A DNA stretch of 64,000 bases from an uncultured delta proteobacterium (GTDB taxonomy: Bacteria; Desulfobacterota; Binatia; JACPRU01). The stretch's first letter is position 1; each line of letters begins with the position of its first letter. The notes beneath the pieces were generated by a model. That model saw only the letters and a list, made by a program, of their open reading frames with translations, made no database searches and was not told the origin of the DNA. The position numbers were made by a program, and so were the translations under genes. The stretch lies in NCBI GenBank assembly GCA_963712515.1, contig CAVQIG010000002.1, positions 9,408 to 73,407 of the forward strand, read 5' to 3'. Shown piece after piece: positions 52,774 to 63,288 of the stretch.

Positions 52774-53205
52774 ATGACCGAAGACGTCGTCGCCATTCAG
52801 CAACTCCTTCACCGCTACTGTTTTGTGGTGGACGACGGCACGCCCGACGAGGTCGCCAGCCTGTTCCACGAAACCGCCACACTGGTTCCCGTCTATTCCG
52901 GGGAGCAACCGTGCAAAGGCCGTGCGGCGATCCGCGAATGGTACGCGGCGTTCAACCGGAACGTCCGCTCGCGGGTCGATCATCTCCGCCACTGCGTCAC
53001 GAACCCGCTGATCGACGTGCAGGGCAGCGAGGCCACGGCCCGGTGCTACGTGACCGCCGACTCGATCTCGAAGAAGCACGGCGTCCCACACACCCTTCTC
53101 GGGTACTACGTCGATCGACTGATCAAGGACGGCGGACGGTGGTACTTCAAGGAGCGGCAGATCCACGTGAACTACGTGCTCGAAGGACGGAAGTTCGAGC
53201 GCTGA
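52774..53205 (+). CDS. NTF2-like/SnoaL-like (DUF4440-type) protein
   Basis: IQQLLHRYCFVVDDGTPDEVASLF...CYVTADSISKKHG...GGRWYFKERQIHV. Confidence 0.6.
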   Translation: MTEDVVAIQQLLHRYCFVVDDGTPDEVASLFHETATLVPVYSGEQPCKGRAAIREWYAAFNRNVRSRVDHLRHCVTNPLIDVQGSEATARCYVTADSISKKHGVPHTLLGYYVDRLIKDGGRWYFKERQIHVNYVLEGRKFER

Positions 53206-53340
53206 CGGCTCAGCGCCGCAGGCGGCGCAGCGATGTCCGAGCTGTTCGCCGCACTCGAGCAGAACTTGGCGTTCTCAGGATTCTCGGCCGTGCAGACCTG
53301 ATGGGTGGAGTCCGTCGTGTGGTCCCGCTAAAGAAATGAC

Positions 53341-54225
53341 ATGAAAATCCGATTTGCCCTGACTCCTCCGGGCCTGGCATTTCACGAAAACGTGTTCCCA
53401 GACTATATCGCGGCCTGCGAGCAGCTCGGTTTCGATACCCTCTGGCTGTCCGACGTTCCGCTCGGACCACTCGGTGATCCCTTGTTCAGCCTCGCGTTCG
53501 CTGCCGGCCATACCCGCTGCCTGAAACTCGGCGCAAACGTGGTGCCGATCGGTCGCAACCCATGGTTGCTCGCGCGCCAACTCGCGCAACTTGATCGAAT
53601 GAGCGGCGGGCGACTGCTGCTGTCGTTCGTGCCGGGCCTCGGGCAGCCCGCAGAACGCGCGGTGCTCGGTCACCCGACTGGTGACCGCTGGCGGGCGGTG
53701 GGTGAAGTTCTCGCGCTGGCGCGGCGGTGGTGGGCGGGTGAGACCATCACGGCCAGTCACGGCCCCTATCATTTCGACGCACTTGCATTGCAGCCGCTGC
53801 CGATTCAGCGGCCTCTCGAAGTGTGGCTCGGTGGGATTGGCCCTGCGGCACTGGAACGGGTCGCACGCACCGCGGACGGCTGGTTGACCGCGGCGGCAAC
53901 CCCGGCCGAAGCCGCCCGCGGCCGGGCGGTCTGCGCACGGGCGACCGAACTCGGGCGCACCATCGACTCCGAGCATTTCGGCATCAGCATTCCGTATGCT
54001 CGGACCGAACCACCGGCAGCCGCAGTCGAAGCGGTTCGACAACGGCGTGCCGACCGCGATCTCTCGCAGATTCTCCCGGTTGGCCACCAAGCGCTCGTCA
54101 CCCTGCTCGGGGCACATCTCGAAGGGGGTATCAGCAAATTCGTGCTGCGTTCCCTCAGCGATTCGCCGGATTGGCGCGCCGATCTCGATTGGTTGGCGGA
54201 TATAGTGCTGCCACTGCAGACCTGA
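53341..54225 (+). CDS. LLM-class F420-dependent oxidoreductase
   Basis: Luciferase-like TIM barrel; LGFDTLWLSDVP...ANVVPIGRNPWLLARQLAQLDRMSGGRL. Confidence 0.7.
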   Translation: MKIRFALTPPGLAFHENVFPDYIAACEQLGFDTLWLSDVPLGPLGDPLFSLAFAAGHTRCLKLGANVVPIGRNPWLLARQLAQLDRMSGGRLLLSFVPGLGQPAERAVLGHPTGDRWRAVGEVLALARRWWAGETITASHGPYHFDALALQPLPIQRPLEVWLGGIGPAALERVARTADGWLTAAATPAEAARGRAVCARATELGRTIDSEHFGISIPYARTEPPAAAVEAVRQRRADRDLSQILPVGHQALVTLLGAHLEGGISKFVLRSLSDSPDWRADLDWLADIVLPLQT

Positions 54226-54255
54226 AAGTCACTGCTGGCCGCTCTTGCGCTCGAC

Positions 54256-54465
54256 TCAAACTGGATGCGGCATCCGGAGCGATCGCAGTTCGCGCAGAGC
54301 TCCGTGCATCTCCGGCAGCGCCCGACTCCCACATTCGGCGCAGAACTCAGTCGTCGGTGCGTTCTCGAAGCCGCAGCTCGAGCACTTGAGCTCTAGTGCA
54401 GCGTCGCACTCACCCCAGAACTTTATGCCGCTCGCGTTTTCAAAGCCGCAGGCTGGGCAACGCAT
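54256..54465 (-). pseudogene. isolated double-zinc-ribbon N-terminal fragment of the cyclase/AAA/TPR family
   Basis: MRCPACGFENASGIKFWGECDAALELKCSSCGFENAP...FCAECG, close paralog of 6309-6420. Confidence 0.45.
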
Positions 54466-54477
54466 CGAAGGTGCCGG

Positions 54478-54800
54478 TCATCCCGGCCGAGCGATGATCT
54501 CCTCGACGACAGACCAACTCGTGCGCGCGAGGTCGAGGCAGCTGGCGTTATCCTGGGTGGCGCGGGCGCCGGCCTCGGAACGCCAGGCAGCTTCCATCGC
54601 CTCGCGGTCGTCGAACCAGAACTCGATGACGGCATCCCAGGCGGGGTCCCGTCGGTCGTCGGGCGCGGCAAAGTTCTGGATGTAGCGCCGCACCGACGGG
54701 ATGGCATGGCGAGTGGACCGTGCACGTCGCGGAAGTACCGGCGGAACTGTTCGCGGGTCCAGTCCGAGCGCCGATGACATACGACGATGAACTTCAGCAT
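54478..54800 (-). CDS. EthD-family protein, one apparent frameshift
   Basis: MLKFIVVCHRRSDWTREQFRRYFRDVHGPLA (ORF 54423..54800 frame) continuing as ...DPAWDAVIEFWFDDREAMEAAWRSEAG in ORF 54478..54780 frame. Confidence 0.45.
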
Positions 54801-54956
54801 TCGCCGTGCTCTTCGCGAAGGAGGATAACCGTTACGAGGGCCGGAACGCTACACGACTCTTGGCGAAGCTGCGACTCCAGGTGTGCGGCGAACTCGCGCG
54901 CCTCCATCTCACTCAATTTCGGCTGGCGCCGAGTTGACGAAGAGAGGACGCCGGGA

Positions 54957-55514
54957 TCAAGACTCCGGCAACGCGGCCCGGGCGGATTGTAGGGGAATGT
55001 CGCGCACGTCCTTGGCGAAGCCGATCGTGACGACCTCGGTGCCCGAGGCATCCTTGATGATGGAACCCGAGATAGCCGCAGGAAAGCGATTTCCCGCCTT
55101 GTCGATTAGCACCGTCTCGAAGTTGTGGGTCTTGCCGGCGGGATCGCGGTCGACACTGCGCATGGCGCTCATCAAGCGCTTCGCCTCGGCCAGATCACCG
55201 TAGATGAGCGTGACGTGTTTGCCGAGGACTTCTTCGGAGGAGTATCCGAGCGTGCGGCGTGCCCCGTCGTTGTAAAGGACGATGTTGCCGCTTCGGTCGA
55301 CGGCGATGATGATGATGGTTGAGATGTCGGCCGCCTCGCCGAGTTGCCGGCAGAGCTCACCGGCGCGACGGTAGGTTCTCTCCAGCTCGGGCGCTCCGTA
55401 CCACTTGACCGCCACCAAGGCTGGTCCAATTGCGAGCTGTAATGCGAGCTCTTGACGGGTATGGTCTCCGCTGAGGAACCGCACCGACCGTCCATCTACG
55501 GCGCGGTCGGACAT
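54957..55514 (-). pseudogene. PAS-domain protein fragment fused to a cyclase-family-derived segment
   Basis: PAS-like IIAVDRSGNIVLYNDGARRTLGYSSEEVLGKHVTLIYGD...; N-terminal RRAGELCRQLGEAA encoded by 40 bp identical to 8836-8877. Confidence 0.45.
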
Positions 55515-55899
55515 CCGAGTTGGTAGTTTCCGGAAGCCGGTTGTCGATCACACCCAAAGGGGTACGATCTCCGGGCCCTGCTATGTCGGCCCGCCGCTAT
55601 GCAAGCGCTCATTTCGCAGCGTTCGGCTGTCGCCTACGACTGATACGTTTTGATCGTGGAGAGGTGAGTGCTTGGTCATTGCGATGTTTCGCCTTTGCCC
55701 GCGCGGGCAGACACAGTCACCGCGCGCGTTCAATGCGTCAGTCGGGCGAAAACGCCCCCCATACTGGATCGATTCACCCGATCGTCGCTCTTTTCCTACA
55801 GACGTACATTGTCTTTGGCAGCTCAGGGTAGCCGTCGATATGTGAGCAACAAACCTTAACCTTCACAAATTGGTGGGCGTGAAAAGAGCGAGCGCAAAA

Positions 55900-55935
55900 A
55901 ATGTATCGCGCGTTCCAGAGAAGGTGCGATACATT
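55900..55935. promoter_or_regulatory. 10-bp perfect inverted repeat (aatgtatcgc-N16-gcgatacatt), candidate operator
   Basis: Read directly from sequence, ~80 bp upstream of the 56016 ORF in a lower-GC intergenic region. Confidence 0.4.
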
Positions 55936-56015
55936 GCGAGGGGGATGGCCCTGGGGGAGGCCGTTCGTTGCGACGTAAGAGGCGAGAACACGCGTAAGAA
56001 GCGAGAGAGGAGTTT

Positions 56016-56978
56016 ATGGCGAGTCCCATCGCGAAGTTCGTGCCGCAAGACGCATCGAAGTCCGAGATGAAGAAATCGTGGGCGGGACGGGTCCCACACC
56101 TTAAGCCGGGCAAATATGCCGACGGCATGCCACTGCACGAGGTCGAATACCTCGCATGCAAGCTGATTCTGAGACCCAACAGGTTCACGTCGCGAAGGAG
56201 CCTGTTCGATTTCGCAAAGGTGCTTCGGCGGCCTGCCGATGAATGCGGTGTGAAATTCTCTAGGGAGGAGTTCGAGGACGCACCACTCAAGATACGGGAA
56301 GTGCTGTTCGTAGATACCAAGGACTTCAAGCTGTACAATAACGCGTTCATTCTGCGCCGGCGTATTCCTTATACGGACGGGTTTCCCTCTGGCGAGCCGG
56401 AGATCGTGTTCAAGTTCAGGCACCCGGACATGCAGAAAGCGGCGGAGACCGACGTGCGCCCCCAGATCCTTGGCGACCATCGGGTAAAGTTCAAGTGCCA
56501 GGCCCTGCCCCTCAAGGACCAGCTCGGTGGGATTCGGCTGCTCTTTTCCCACAACGTGCAGTTCCCGCGCTCACACGTCAGTGAGACCGATGTATTCAGT
56601 TTCTCGACGGTCACGAAGATCCTTCCTGTGCTGGAGCGCATTCGAGAGTCTCCGAGCGATGAAATCACCCTGGTCAACGACACCATCATCGAGGAGGTGC
56701 TTCAGGACATCGGGTCGCTCGATTTTGGCTCGGGGCTCATAGCGAAGACGAACGTGGCTATCTGGCGCACCCGGGGAGAACACCGGCCGCTCATCGGGGA
56801 GTTCGCCTACCAGATCCGATTCCGCGACAGGAAGCTGCTGGCGCTGAATGCGATGCAACGGGCCGAGCGCTTCTTCATCGCCCTGCAGTTGGCCGCCAAG
56901 GATTGGATGGCTTTGAACGCCACGAAGACGGGTGTCGTGTACCGACTGCTTGGCAACGCCCCGAGAGCCCACGAGTGA
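56016..56978 (+). CDS. hypothetical protein, possible CYTH-like (triphosphate tunnel metalloenzyme) domain
   Basis: 320 aa intact ORF in a lower-GC (~57%) islet; HEVEYLACKLIL and REVLFVDTKDFKLYNNAFILRRRI resemble CYTH E-x-E-x-K and YFDTpD...LRxR elements; assignment tentative. Confidence 0.4.
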   Translation: MASPIAKFVPQDASKSEMKKSWAGRVPHLKPGKYADGMPLHEVEYLACKLILRPNRFTSRRSLFDFAKVLRRPADECGVKFSREEFEDAPLKIREVLFVDTKDFKLYNNAFILRRRIPYTDGFPSGEPEIVFKFRHPDMQKAAETDVRPQILGDHRVKFKCQALPLKDQLGGIRLLFSHNVQFPRSHVSETDVFSFSTVTKILPVLERIRESPSDEITLVNDTIIEEVLQDIGSLDFGSGLIAKTNVAIWRTRGEHRPLIGEFAYQIRFRDRKLLALNAMQRAERFFIALQLAAKDWMALNATKTGVVYRLLGNAPRAHE

Positions 56979-57387
56979 CCCGGGAGATTGAGCGACATTA
57001 AGTGCGCGTCACCCGTCGTGGCAGCCGACCCGAGCGCCTCGCCGAAAAGCGCAGGCAGCCGCCGAGGATCGGGCTGCGGAGTTGGAGGTCAAAACTTTGT
57101 CGGCACTCCCTGGTCTGGGCGCTGGTAATCGATCACGCGGTAGCCGCTATCAGAAACGGTCGCAGTCGTACTGACGGGACGCTGAGAGAGACTTTTCGAG
57201 TATTACGGCGTCGAGCTCTGTGACCGAGATGAGTTTGTGACTCTACCGGGAACGCTGAACGAGATGCGCGCGAAGATGGTGAGCGACCGCGCTGTTCCAG
57301 AAATCATCGAAGACCGCGGAGGCGTCGCGAACCACCGGGCCCAATTTGAACCCGTAGTAGCCTATCTTGAGAGTCCCGCGTTTGGTC

Positions 57388-58785
57388 CTATCCGGCAAGT
57401 CGCAAGCCCTCATATCTGTTGAGGTCGATGCGGTTGCGTAGGAATTTCACGAGAGGATGTTCCGCGGCGCTACCTGCAAGAAATTCAGGGAGGGCATGTC
57501 GCAGCGCGAGGGCAGTGACCTTCTCGGAGGGCGGGATGCCAGGTCGGATGGTGCGGAGCCACGATCCGAAACAGGCCCAGACGATAGCCGGTGATCGGAC
57601 CGCCAAGTACTGGAGCAGGCCCTGGGCGACCAGGCCGAGCTGGATGTGGCGGTGATAGGCAGCGATCTTGCGGTGGACGGCGGCACGGTAGCGGTCCGAT
57701 TCACGATGGAGATACTGGTTGCCCGAGCGGTGGGCAGGCAGCGGCTTCATGGTCATCATCCAGAAGTGGTAGGCGTAGGCGCCGAGCACCCGCAGGGCCT
57801 GCTTGAAGGAGAGTTCGATCTTGAATCGGATGCCGTAGAGGCGAATCACGTCGATGGGGTCGAGAGCCAGGTCAGTGGACAGGAGCAGCGTCCTACCCCG
57901 AGTGGGGTGGTCCACGGCGACGAAGCGGACTTGGCGGCGTAGTGGACGCCAGATCAGGTCCGCCACGCGGTAGCGGATCTTCACGGCGCGCTCGCCGTAG
58001 ACGGGGCTATCGGCCTGGAGCCAGGCCGAGGGGTCGTCGAACAGCGAGCGCAGCCGGATCTTGGTACCGTAGAATCGAGGCCGCCCGCGGCGGCGCGGGT
58101 GGCGGTTGACGGGGCGGTAGGCGACGGCGTTTTTTCGGACGCGCGAGACCAAGTGGGAGCCCGAGGCAAGCAGTCCGAGGCCGAGCGTTCGGCAGGCGTA
58201 GAAGGCATCAGCAACGAGGGTGACCGGCTCGCTGATCCCGAGGGTGGTGAGCAGCGAGAAGAGCTTGATCGGCAACCTGCGCCGGTCGCGGTTGTTGGAG
58301 ACCACTCCCTCGTGAATGCGCGCGGCCAGAGGGACCGCGAAGGCCGTCTGCTCGGCGCCCGCCACGGCGGAGATCGCCTGGCAGGAGTGGCCGCGGATGA
58401 AGGCGGGCTTGGTGTTGCTCTCGACCTGTTTCAATCGTTTGACGGCGGGCATCTTGCGTCCCGACTTGGGGATCTTGATCCCGTCGGCGAGTAGCACGAG
58501 ACGGCCGTCCACGTGCAGCAGGGCCGGGAAGAGTCGCAGGACCGCGGAGGTCCACTGGCGCGCGAGGCGCTGCGGGTCCAGGGCATTGCTGTGGAAGAAG
58601 TCGAGCAGCCGGTCATAGCAGGGCAGCTTCAGGCCGAAGACCCGCACCAGGCTGGTCACGCCCAATAGATCCTCTCTGACGCACAGGCCCGCGAGGGCCA
58701 CGGCCATCCAGAGGAAGGTTCGGGCGCGAGAGCACGCGCCACGGAGCCCTTCGACCGCCTTCCACCACTCCCACCACAGCGCCAT
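57388..58785 (-). mobile_element. IS4-family (DDE_Tnp_1) transposase, intact 465 aa
   Basis: Long DDE transposase with ...LVADAFYA... (second Asp region) and C-terminal ...YHFWMM... architecture typical of IS4/IS701-like elements; element ends not defined. Confidence 0.75.
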
Positions 58786-58814
58786 CGGCCGTCCCTCCGG
58801 GAACGTGTTGCGTC

Positions 58815-58842
58815 TTCTGATAGCTGTATATAGCTATCAGAA
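58815..58842. promoter_or_regulatory. 28-bp perfect palindrome ttctgatagctgtatatagctatcagaa
   Basis: Read directly; lies in the divergent region between the IS4 transposase start (58785) and the small zinc-ribbon gene start (58863). Confidence 0.5.
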
Positions 58843-58862
58843 TCTTATGCTACAAGAGGCGC

Positions 58863-59213
58863 ATGCAGCCGAGGGAACTGGAAACCAGGATCGAGAGGAT
58901 CAAACGGGAGCTGCGGTCGATCGGCCCGATGCGGCCCGGGAGCCTATCGAAGCAGTACAGCGTGTGCGGGAAACCGGGGTGCCGCTGCGTGGATCCGAGC
59001 CAGCCGCGCAAGCACGGCCCCTACTACCAGCTCAGCTACGCCCATCGCGGTAAGAGTACGACCCAGTTCGTGCGCCCCGCGTTCCTGCATGAGGTCAGAG
59101 CGCAGCTCGCCAACTACAAGCGCTTCCGTCGCCTAGTCGACCAATGGATCCATCTCTCCCTGGAGCTGTCCAGAAACCGCCTCGCAAAACTCAAACGCTC
59201 GGTCTCAGACTGA
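58863..59213 (+). CDS. small Cys-cluster (zinc-ribbon-like) protein of a family commonly adjacent to transposases (DUF6788-like)
   Basis: GSLSKQYSVCGKPGCRCVDPSQPRKHGPYYQLSYAHRGKSTTQFV; followed by hairpin ctcggtctcagactgaccgag (59196-59216). Confidence 0.5.
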   Translation: MQPRELETRIERIKRELRSIGPMRPGSLSKQYSVCGKPGCRCVDPSQPRKHGPYYQLSYAHRGKSTTQFVRPAFLHEVRAQLANYKRFRRLVDQWIHLSLELSRNRLAKLKRSVSD

Positions 59214-60344
59214 CCGAGAACTCGGGACTCTTAAGAGCCTATGCAAATCCGCGGAAATTCGACGATCCAAACGCTCTGGACCTCGTTCTAGGGGGCACGA
59301 AAAGCGCGCCGGCACGGTCGGCGATGCGCTCGGGGAACAGGCGAATACAAGCGGTGCGTCGAGGAACTTCGCGCCAAAGCCCGGGAGAATGCCGCCGACA
59401 CGAACAACTCGGCGTTCCGGATGCTCCAGATACTTGAACGCCTGCGTGACTGACACCGTCATGGCGCCATGATCGGCCCGGCCGCCAGGTAAACCGGCCC
59501 TTCCGCCGTACCTCCTACTTCACCGCACCTCGAGCGTGATCTTGTTGATCTTGCCGGTGAAGCGGGTCTCCGGCCCGATGCCGATCCTCTCGGCGGCAGC
59601 AGAGGCAGCCAAAACAGCGTGAAACGCGAGATGCCGGCGGCGAACCGTCGCGCTGCTCGAAGACCCGCCGCTCGACCTCGCGGCCCTTGCCACCGTGTAC
59701 CACCGCCTGCAGGCGTGGAACTTCTCCCATGGCCGCCCGCGACGACCCGGCGCTCAGCAACGTGCGAATCGCCGGGCCGCCGTACCGGATCCGCTCGGGC
59801 CTGCGTAGCGCGGGTTCGTCACCCCGCGAGCTTGTCGAGGAATTCCAGCTGCGGCGCGCCATCGAGCAGCGCCGCCATGTTCACGCCGAGTTCGCCGACG
59901 GTGCTTGCGGTGCGCCGCGAAGGCGTCGTCGTCGACGTACTCTTCGTAGTACCTCGGTTGCAAGCTTGAAGTGCTCAGCCTTTCGTCCTTGGAGATCAAC
60001 GAGAGACTTTGGCTTACGTTTCCTCTTGGGGGATAGCCGGCATAAGCGCCCCATGTTGACATAAGTTCCGAAGGGGGGTATCCACTTTACGCAGTGACCG
60101 CAACATCTTGCGGTCGCGTACCAGGTTCGCCCTCGGCCGCCGCATCCGAACCGCCGACGAGGCCCGGTAGGGAGTCCGGACGCGGCTTGCTGCATGAGTC
60201 GGTGGAACAGCAGTCCGGGGGGACGTGCGTATCAGACGGCCCCGGGGGGAGGAGCTTGCCGCCGGGTGGGGAACCCATACTGCCGGGTTCTCCTGTCTTG
60301 AACGCCGATTGCCCGTGGGGATAGCGGCTACAAGGGCCCGAAAG

Positions 60345-60731
60345 CTAAATAACGATCGATCTCGGACACCTAGGCGACACTTCCAGGCCGATCGAGCCGC
60401 CGCCGTATGCCACGTCCTGGTTGGGACAGGCGACGATCCGCTCGTCGGCCGCGACGTAGTCGGTGAGCATGGCCAAGCGATTGAGCGGCGCCGACGGCAC
60501 CGGGCCCGCGTAGGCGAGCCGCGTGCTCTTCGCGGTCGCGAGGCGGCGGTTGTAGACGCCGGCGAGCGGCCATCCCCAGAAGTACGCGTCGCGGGCGATG
60601 TGCGCGGCGTACTCCTCGGTGATCTGCACGCGCGGATCGGGGCCGGGTGGAAAGGCCCGCGCCCAGCCCGGGGACGAGGGAATGGACGGTGCCTCCGCGA
60701 GCGCGCCGGAGCCGTAGAAGGTGAGCAGCAT
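60345..60731 (-). pseudogene. N-terminal fragment of a DUF1254-like protein
   Basis: ITEEYAAHIARDAYFWGWPLAGVYNRRL pattern; ORF lacks the remainder of the domain. Confidence 0.3.
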
Positions 60732-60749
60732 ACCGACGCCTCTCCCGTC

Positions 60750-62116
60750 AAAATGCCAAGTTCAGCCGCGGCCCCAAGACGACGGCCGTGCCGGTATCCG
60801 CGACGGCAGGATTCTGCAGCTGGAGATCCAGGCTCAGATGGGCCGCCGGCGTGATCGCCAGGTTGTAGAACGCCTCGAAACCCTGCACCGTGGCTGTCGA
60901 AACCCAGCAAGTCGCTGAAGAGCCGCGTGTCCTGGAAGCTCGTGTAGTAGTAGCCGGCCCCGAACACGTCGTTGCCCCGGAATGGGATCATGCCGCGGCC
61001 GCCGACCGCCGCCGCTCACCGACCATTTCACGGGATTGGTATCCCGGTCGGCGAAGCCGAGCCGGGTGAAGACGCCGACGCCCTCGCGATCGGGTACGCC
61101 GTTCGCCAGGTCCATCCATCCCTCACTGCGATCCGCGACCCACAGGTATTGCCACGCGCTCCAGTAGATGGCCCACGTGTCGTCCTCGTTCGGAACGACG
61201 ACACCCTGGCCCGGCCGGAAGATCAATAGTCCGCCGACCTTGGCGAAGTCCTGGTCGAACGAGTAGAGGCCGCCCAGGTTCATTCCGCCCGGTCGCTCGG
61301 CCAGTCGATACTGGACGCCGGCCTCCGCGCTCGCGGAGGCGCCGTCGCCGAAGTCGTCGAATCCGGTCGTCGTCGACGAGTCGGTGGTGTTGATGAGGCT
61401 CGCCTTGATCGAGACGTTCGCTCTCGGGAGCCACAGCACGCCGACCCCGAGCGTGCTGTACGGCAGCCGCAGCGCCGCCACGGAGTCGAAGAGGAAGTTC
61501 GCGTTCATGAACTGGCTCTTGCCGCGCCCGGAGGCGAACTCGTTGAGATCGGCATCGAGCGTGTCCAGCTTGCCGGCGAACACCGCGAAGTGCTGGGAGA
61601 GGAACTGCGTGTAGTTGAGATCGGTGACCGCGATGCCGACGTTCTCGTCGAGCTCGTCGGTGAGCGGGAAGAACGCGGTCGTGTTGACCGGCAGGATCGT
61701 CCCCACGGCGCCGTTGACCGAATGGCCGTAGCGGGACTCGGCGCGGACGGTGATCAGCCCGCCCGGGATGAGGCCCATGCGCATGAGGTCGAGGTGGAGG
61801 AGATAGTCGAAGTGCGCACCGTAACGGGTGGTCTGGTCGAGCCCGCCGGCGACGTCCCCCTGCAGGTACTGCGTCCAATCGACGTCGAGCTGGACGCCCT
61901 CGTTCGCGAGCGTGGTCCGCAGCCCCCCCAATCGCCGGTCAGGTGCGCGCGCTTCCAGAAGTCGGCGCCGTAGTCCGGGACCGGAAGCAGGCCCTGGGCG
62001 GCGCCCTCGGCAATGTCCTGGGCGGCGCCCTCGGGCACGTCCTGGGCGAGCGCCCCGGACGCCGCCGCGAGCGCGAGGAGCAACCACAGGCGAACGACCA
62101 CACGGCGAGCGGTCAT
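60750..62116 (-). CDS. outer-membrane beta-barrel porin-like protein, at least 2 apparent frameshifts (one in a C7 run at ~61925)
   Basis: Signal peptide MTARRVVVRLWLLLALAAASGALAQ; body with alternating aromatic/hydrophilic beta-strand pattern spread over three frames; 3' end approximate. Confidence 0.4.
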
Positions 62117-62193
62117 GTGGCACCTCTCGCTCGGACACTCGCACGCCAGGGGTGGGCAAGCCAGGTATCCCGTGGTTGCCAGGTTATGTCGCT

Positions 62194-63260
62194 AAGGGAT
62201 ATTCGCTTCCCTCCTCCGGGCACTATAGGCTGTGGCGATGATCGACTCGCCGCCTGCCCGGCCCCGAGCTGGGTTCGACTATCCGCGGAACCTCGTTGAG
62301 TTCGGTGAGTTCTTCCCCGACGAAAAGGCGTGCGTCGCGTACCTGGAGCGCCTGCGGTGGCCGGAGGGCTTCATCTGCCCGAAGGGCCACGTAGCGGCTG
62401 CCGCCTGGCGCTCGGAGCGAGGCCTCAACGTTTGTCCCACGTGCCGACGGCAGGTGTCCGCGACTGCGGGCACAATCTTCGAGGGTACGCGCAAGCTGCG
62501 CCACTGGTTGCTCGCGGCCTGGGAGGTCACGAGCCAGAAGTACGGGGCCAGCGCGCTCGGCCTGCGACGAGTCCTGGGGCTCGGGAGCTACGAGACGGCC
62601 TGGGCGTGGCTCCATAAGCTCAGGAGGGCGATGGTCCGTCCCGATCGGGACCGACTGGCGGGCGAGGTCGAAGTCGACGAGACGTACGTCGGCGTAGAGG
62701 AGCCCGGCGTCCTCGGGCGCCGCGCGATCAACAGGTTGATCGTCGTCATCGCCGTCGAGATGAACGAGGGCAGGATCGGCCGCATCCGCCTGCGGCACGT
62801 CCCGAACGTCAACGCCACCAGTCTCCAAGGGTTCGTGGTCGACGTCGTCAAGCTCGGCAGCCTCATCCACACCGATGGCTGGCAGGGCTACACCGGCATC
62901 GCCACGAAGGGCTTCCGCCACTGCGTCACCGTGACCAGGACATCGTCGGAGCCAGCCCACATCCCATTCCCGGGCGTCCACCGCGTCGCCTCGCTCCTCA
63001 AGCGTTGGTGCCTCGGCACCCACCAAGGCGCCATCAGCGAGGAGCACCTGCCCTACTATCTCGACGAGTTCACCTTCCGCTTCAACCGCCGCACGTCCAA
63101 GGCCCGCGGACTGCTGTTCTACCGACTCGTCGCACAAGCCGTCCGGACTCCCCACGTCGGCACGGACGCGCTTTTCCGTGGGACCGGCCGAGGGCGACTC
63201 TCCCGCCGCAACGCAAGCCACAAGCGGTAGCGATCGGAGGAGGGAAGCGAATATCCCTTA
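62194..63260 (+). mobile_element. IS1595-family insertion sequence (ISXO2-like) with terminal inverted repeats and flanking direct duplication
   Basis: Transposase CDS 62232-63230 (zinc-ribbon CPKGHVAAAAWRSERGLNVCPTCRRQ + DDE domain ...IHTDGWQGY...); IRL agggatattcgcttccctcctcc (62195-62217) vs IRR ggaggagggaagcgaatatccct (63236-63258); tatgtcgcta present immediately outside both ends. Confidence 0.8.
62232..63230 (+). CDS. IS1595-family transposase
   Basis: 332 aa intact; see element above. Confidence 0.8.
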   Translation: MAMIDSPPARPRAGFDYPRNLVEFGEFFPDEKACVAYLERLRWPEGFICPKGHVAAAAWRSERGLNVCPTCRRQVSATAGTIFEGTRKLRHWLLAAWEVTSQKYGASALGLRRVLGLGSYETAWAWLHKLRRAMVRPDRDRLAGEVEVDETYVGVEEPGVLGRRAINRLIVVIAVEMNEGRIGRIRLRHVPNVNATSLQGFVVDVVKLGSLIHTDGWQGYTGIATKGFRHCVTVTRTSSEPAHIPFPGVHRVASLLKRWCLGTHQGAISEEHLPYYLDEFTFRFNRRTSKARGLLFYRLVAQAVRTPHVGTDALFRGTGRGRLSRRNASHKR

Positions 63261-63288
63261 TGTCGCTAATGCCGCCTATCCTCTACTC

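Noticed and set aside
57388-58850. Terminal inverted repeats for the IS4-family element
   Set aside because: Only weak similarity found between candidate ends (gtagcctatcttgaga vs gtagcataagattctgata). Not reported as IRs.
59520-59900. Possible gene fragment on minus strand ending …ERIGIGPETRFTGKINKITLEVR*
   Set aside because: Protein-like C-terminus but no identifiable family and no upstream continuation. Left unannotated.
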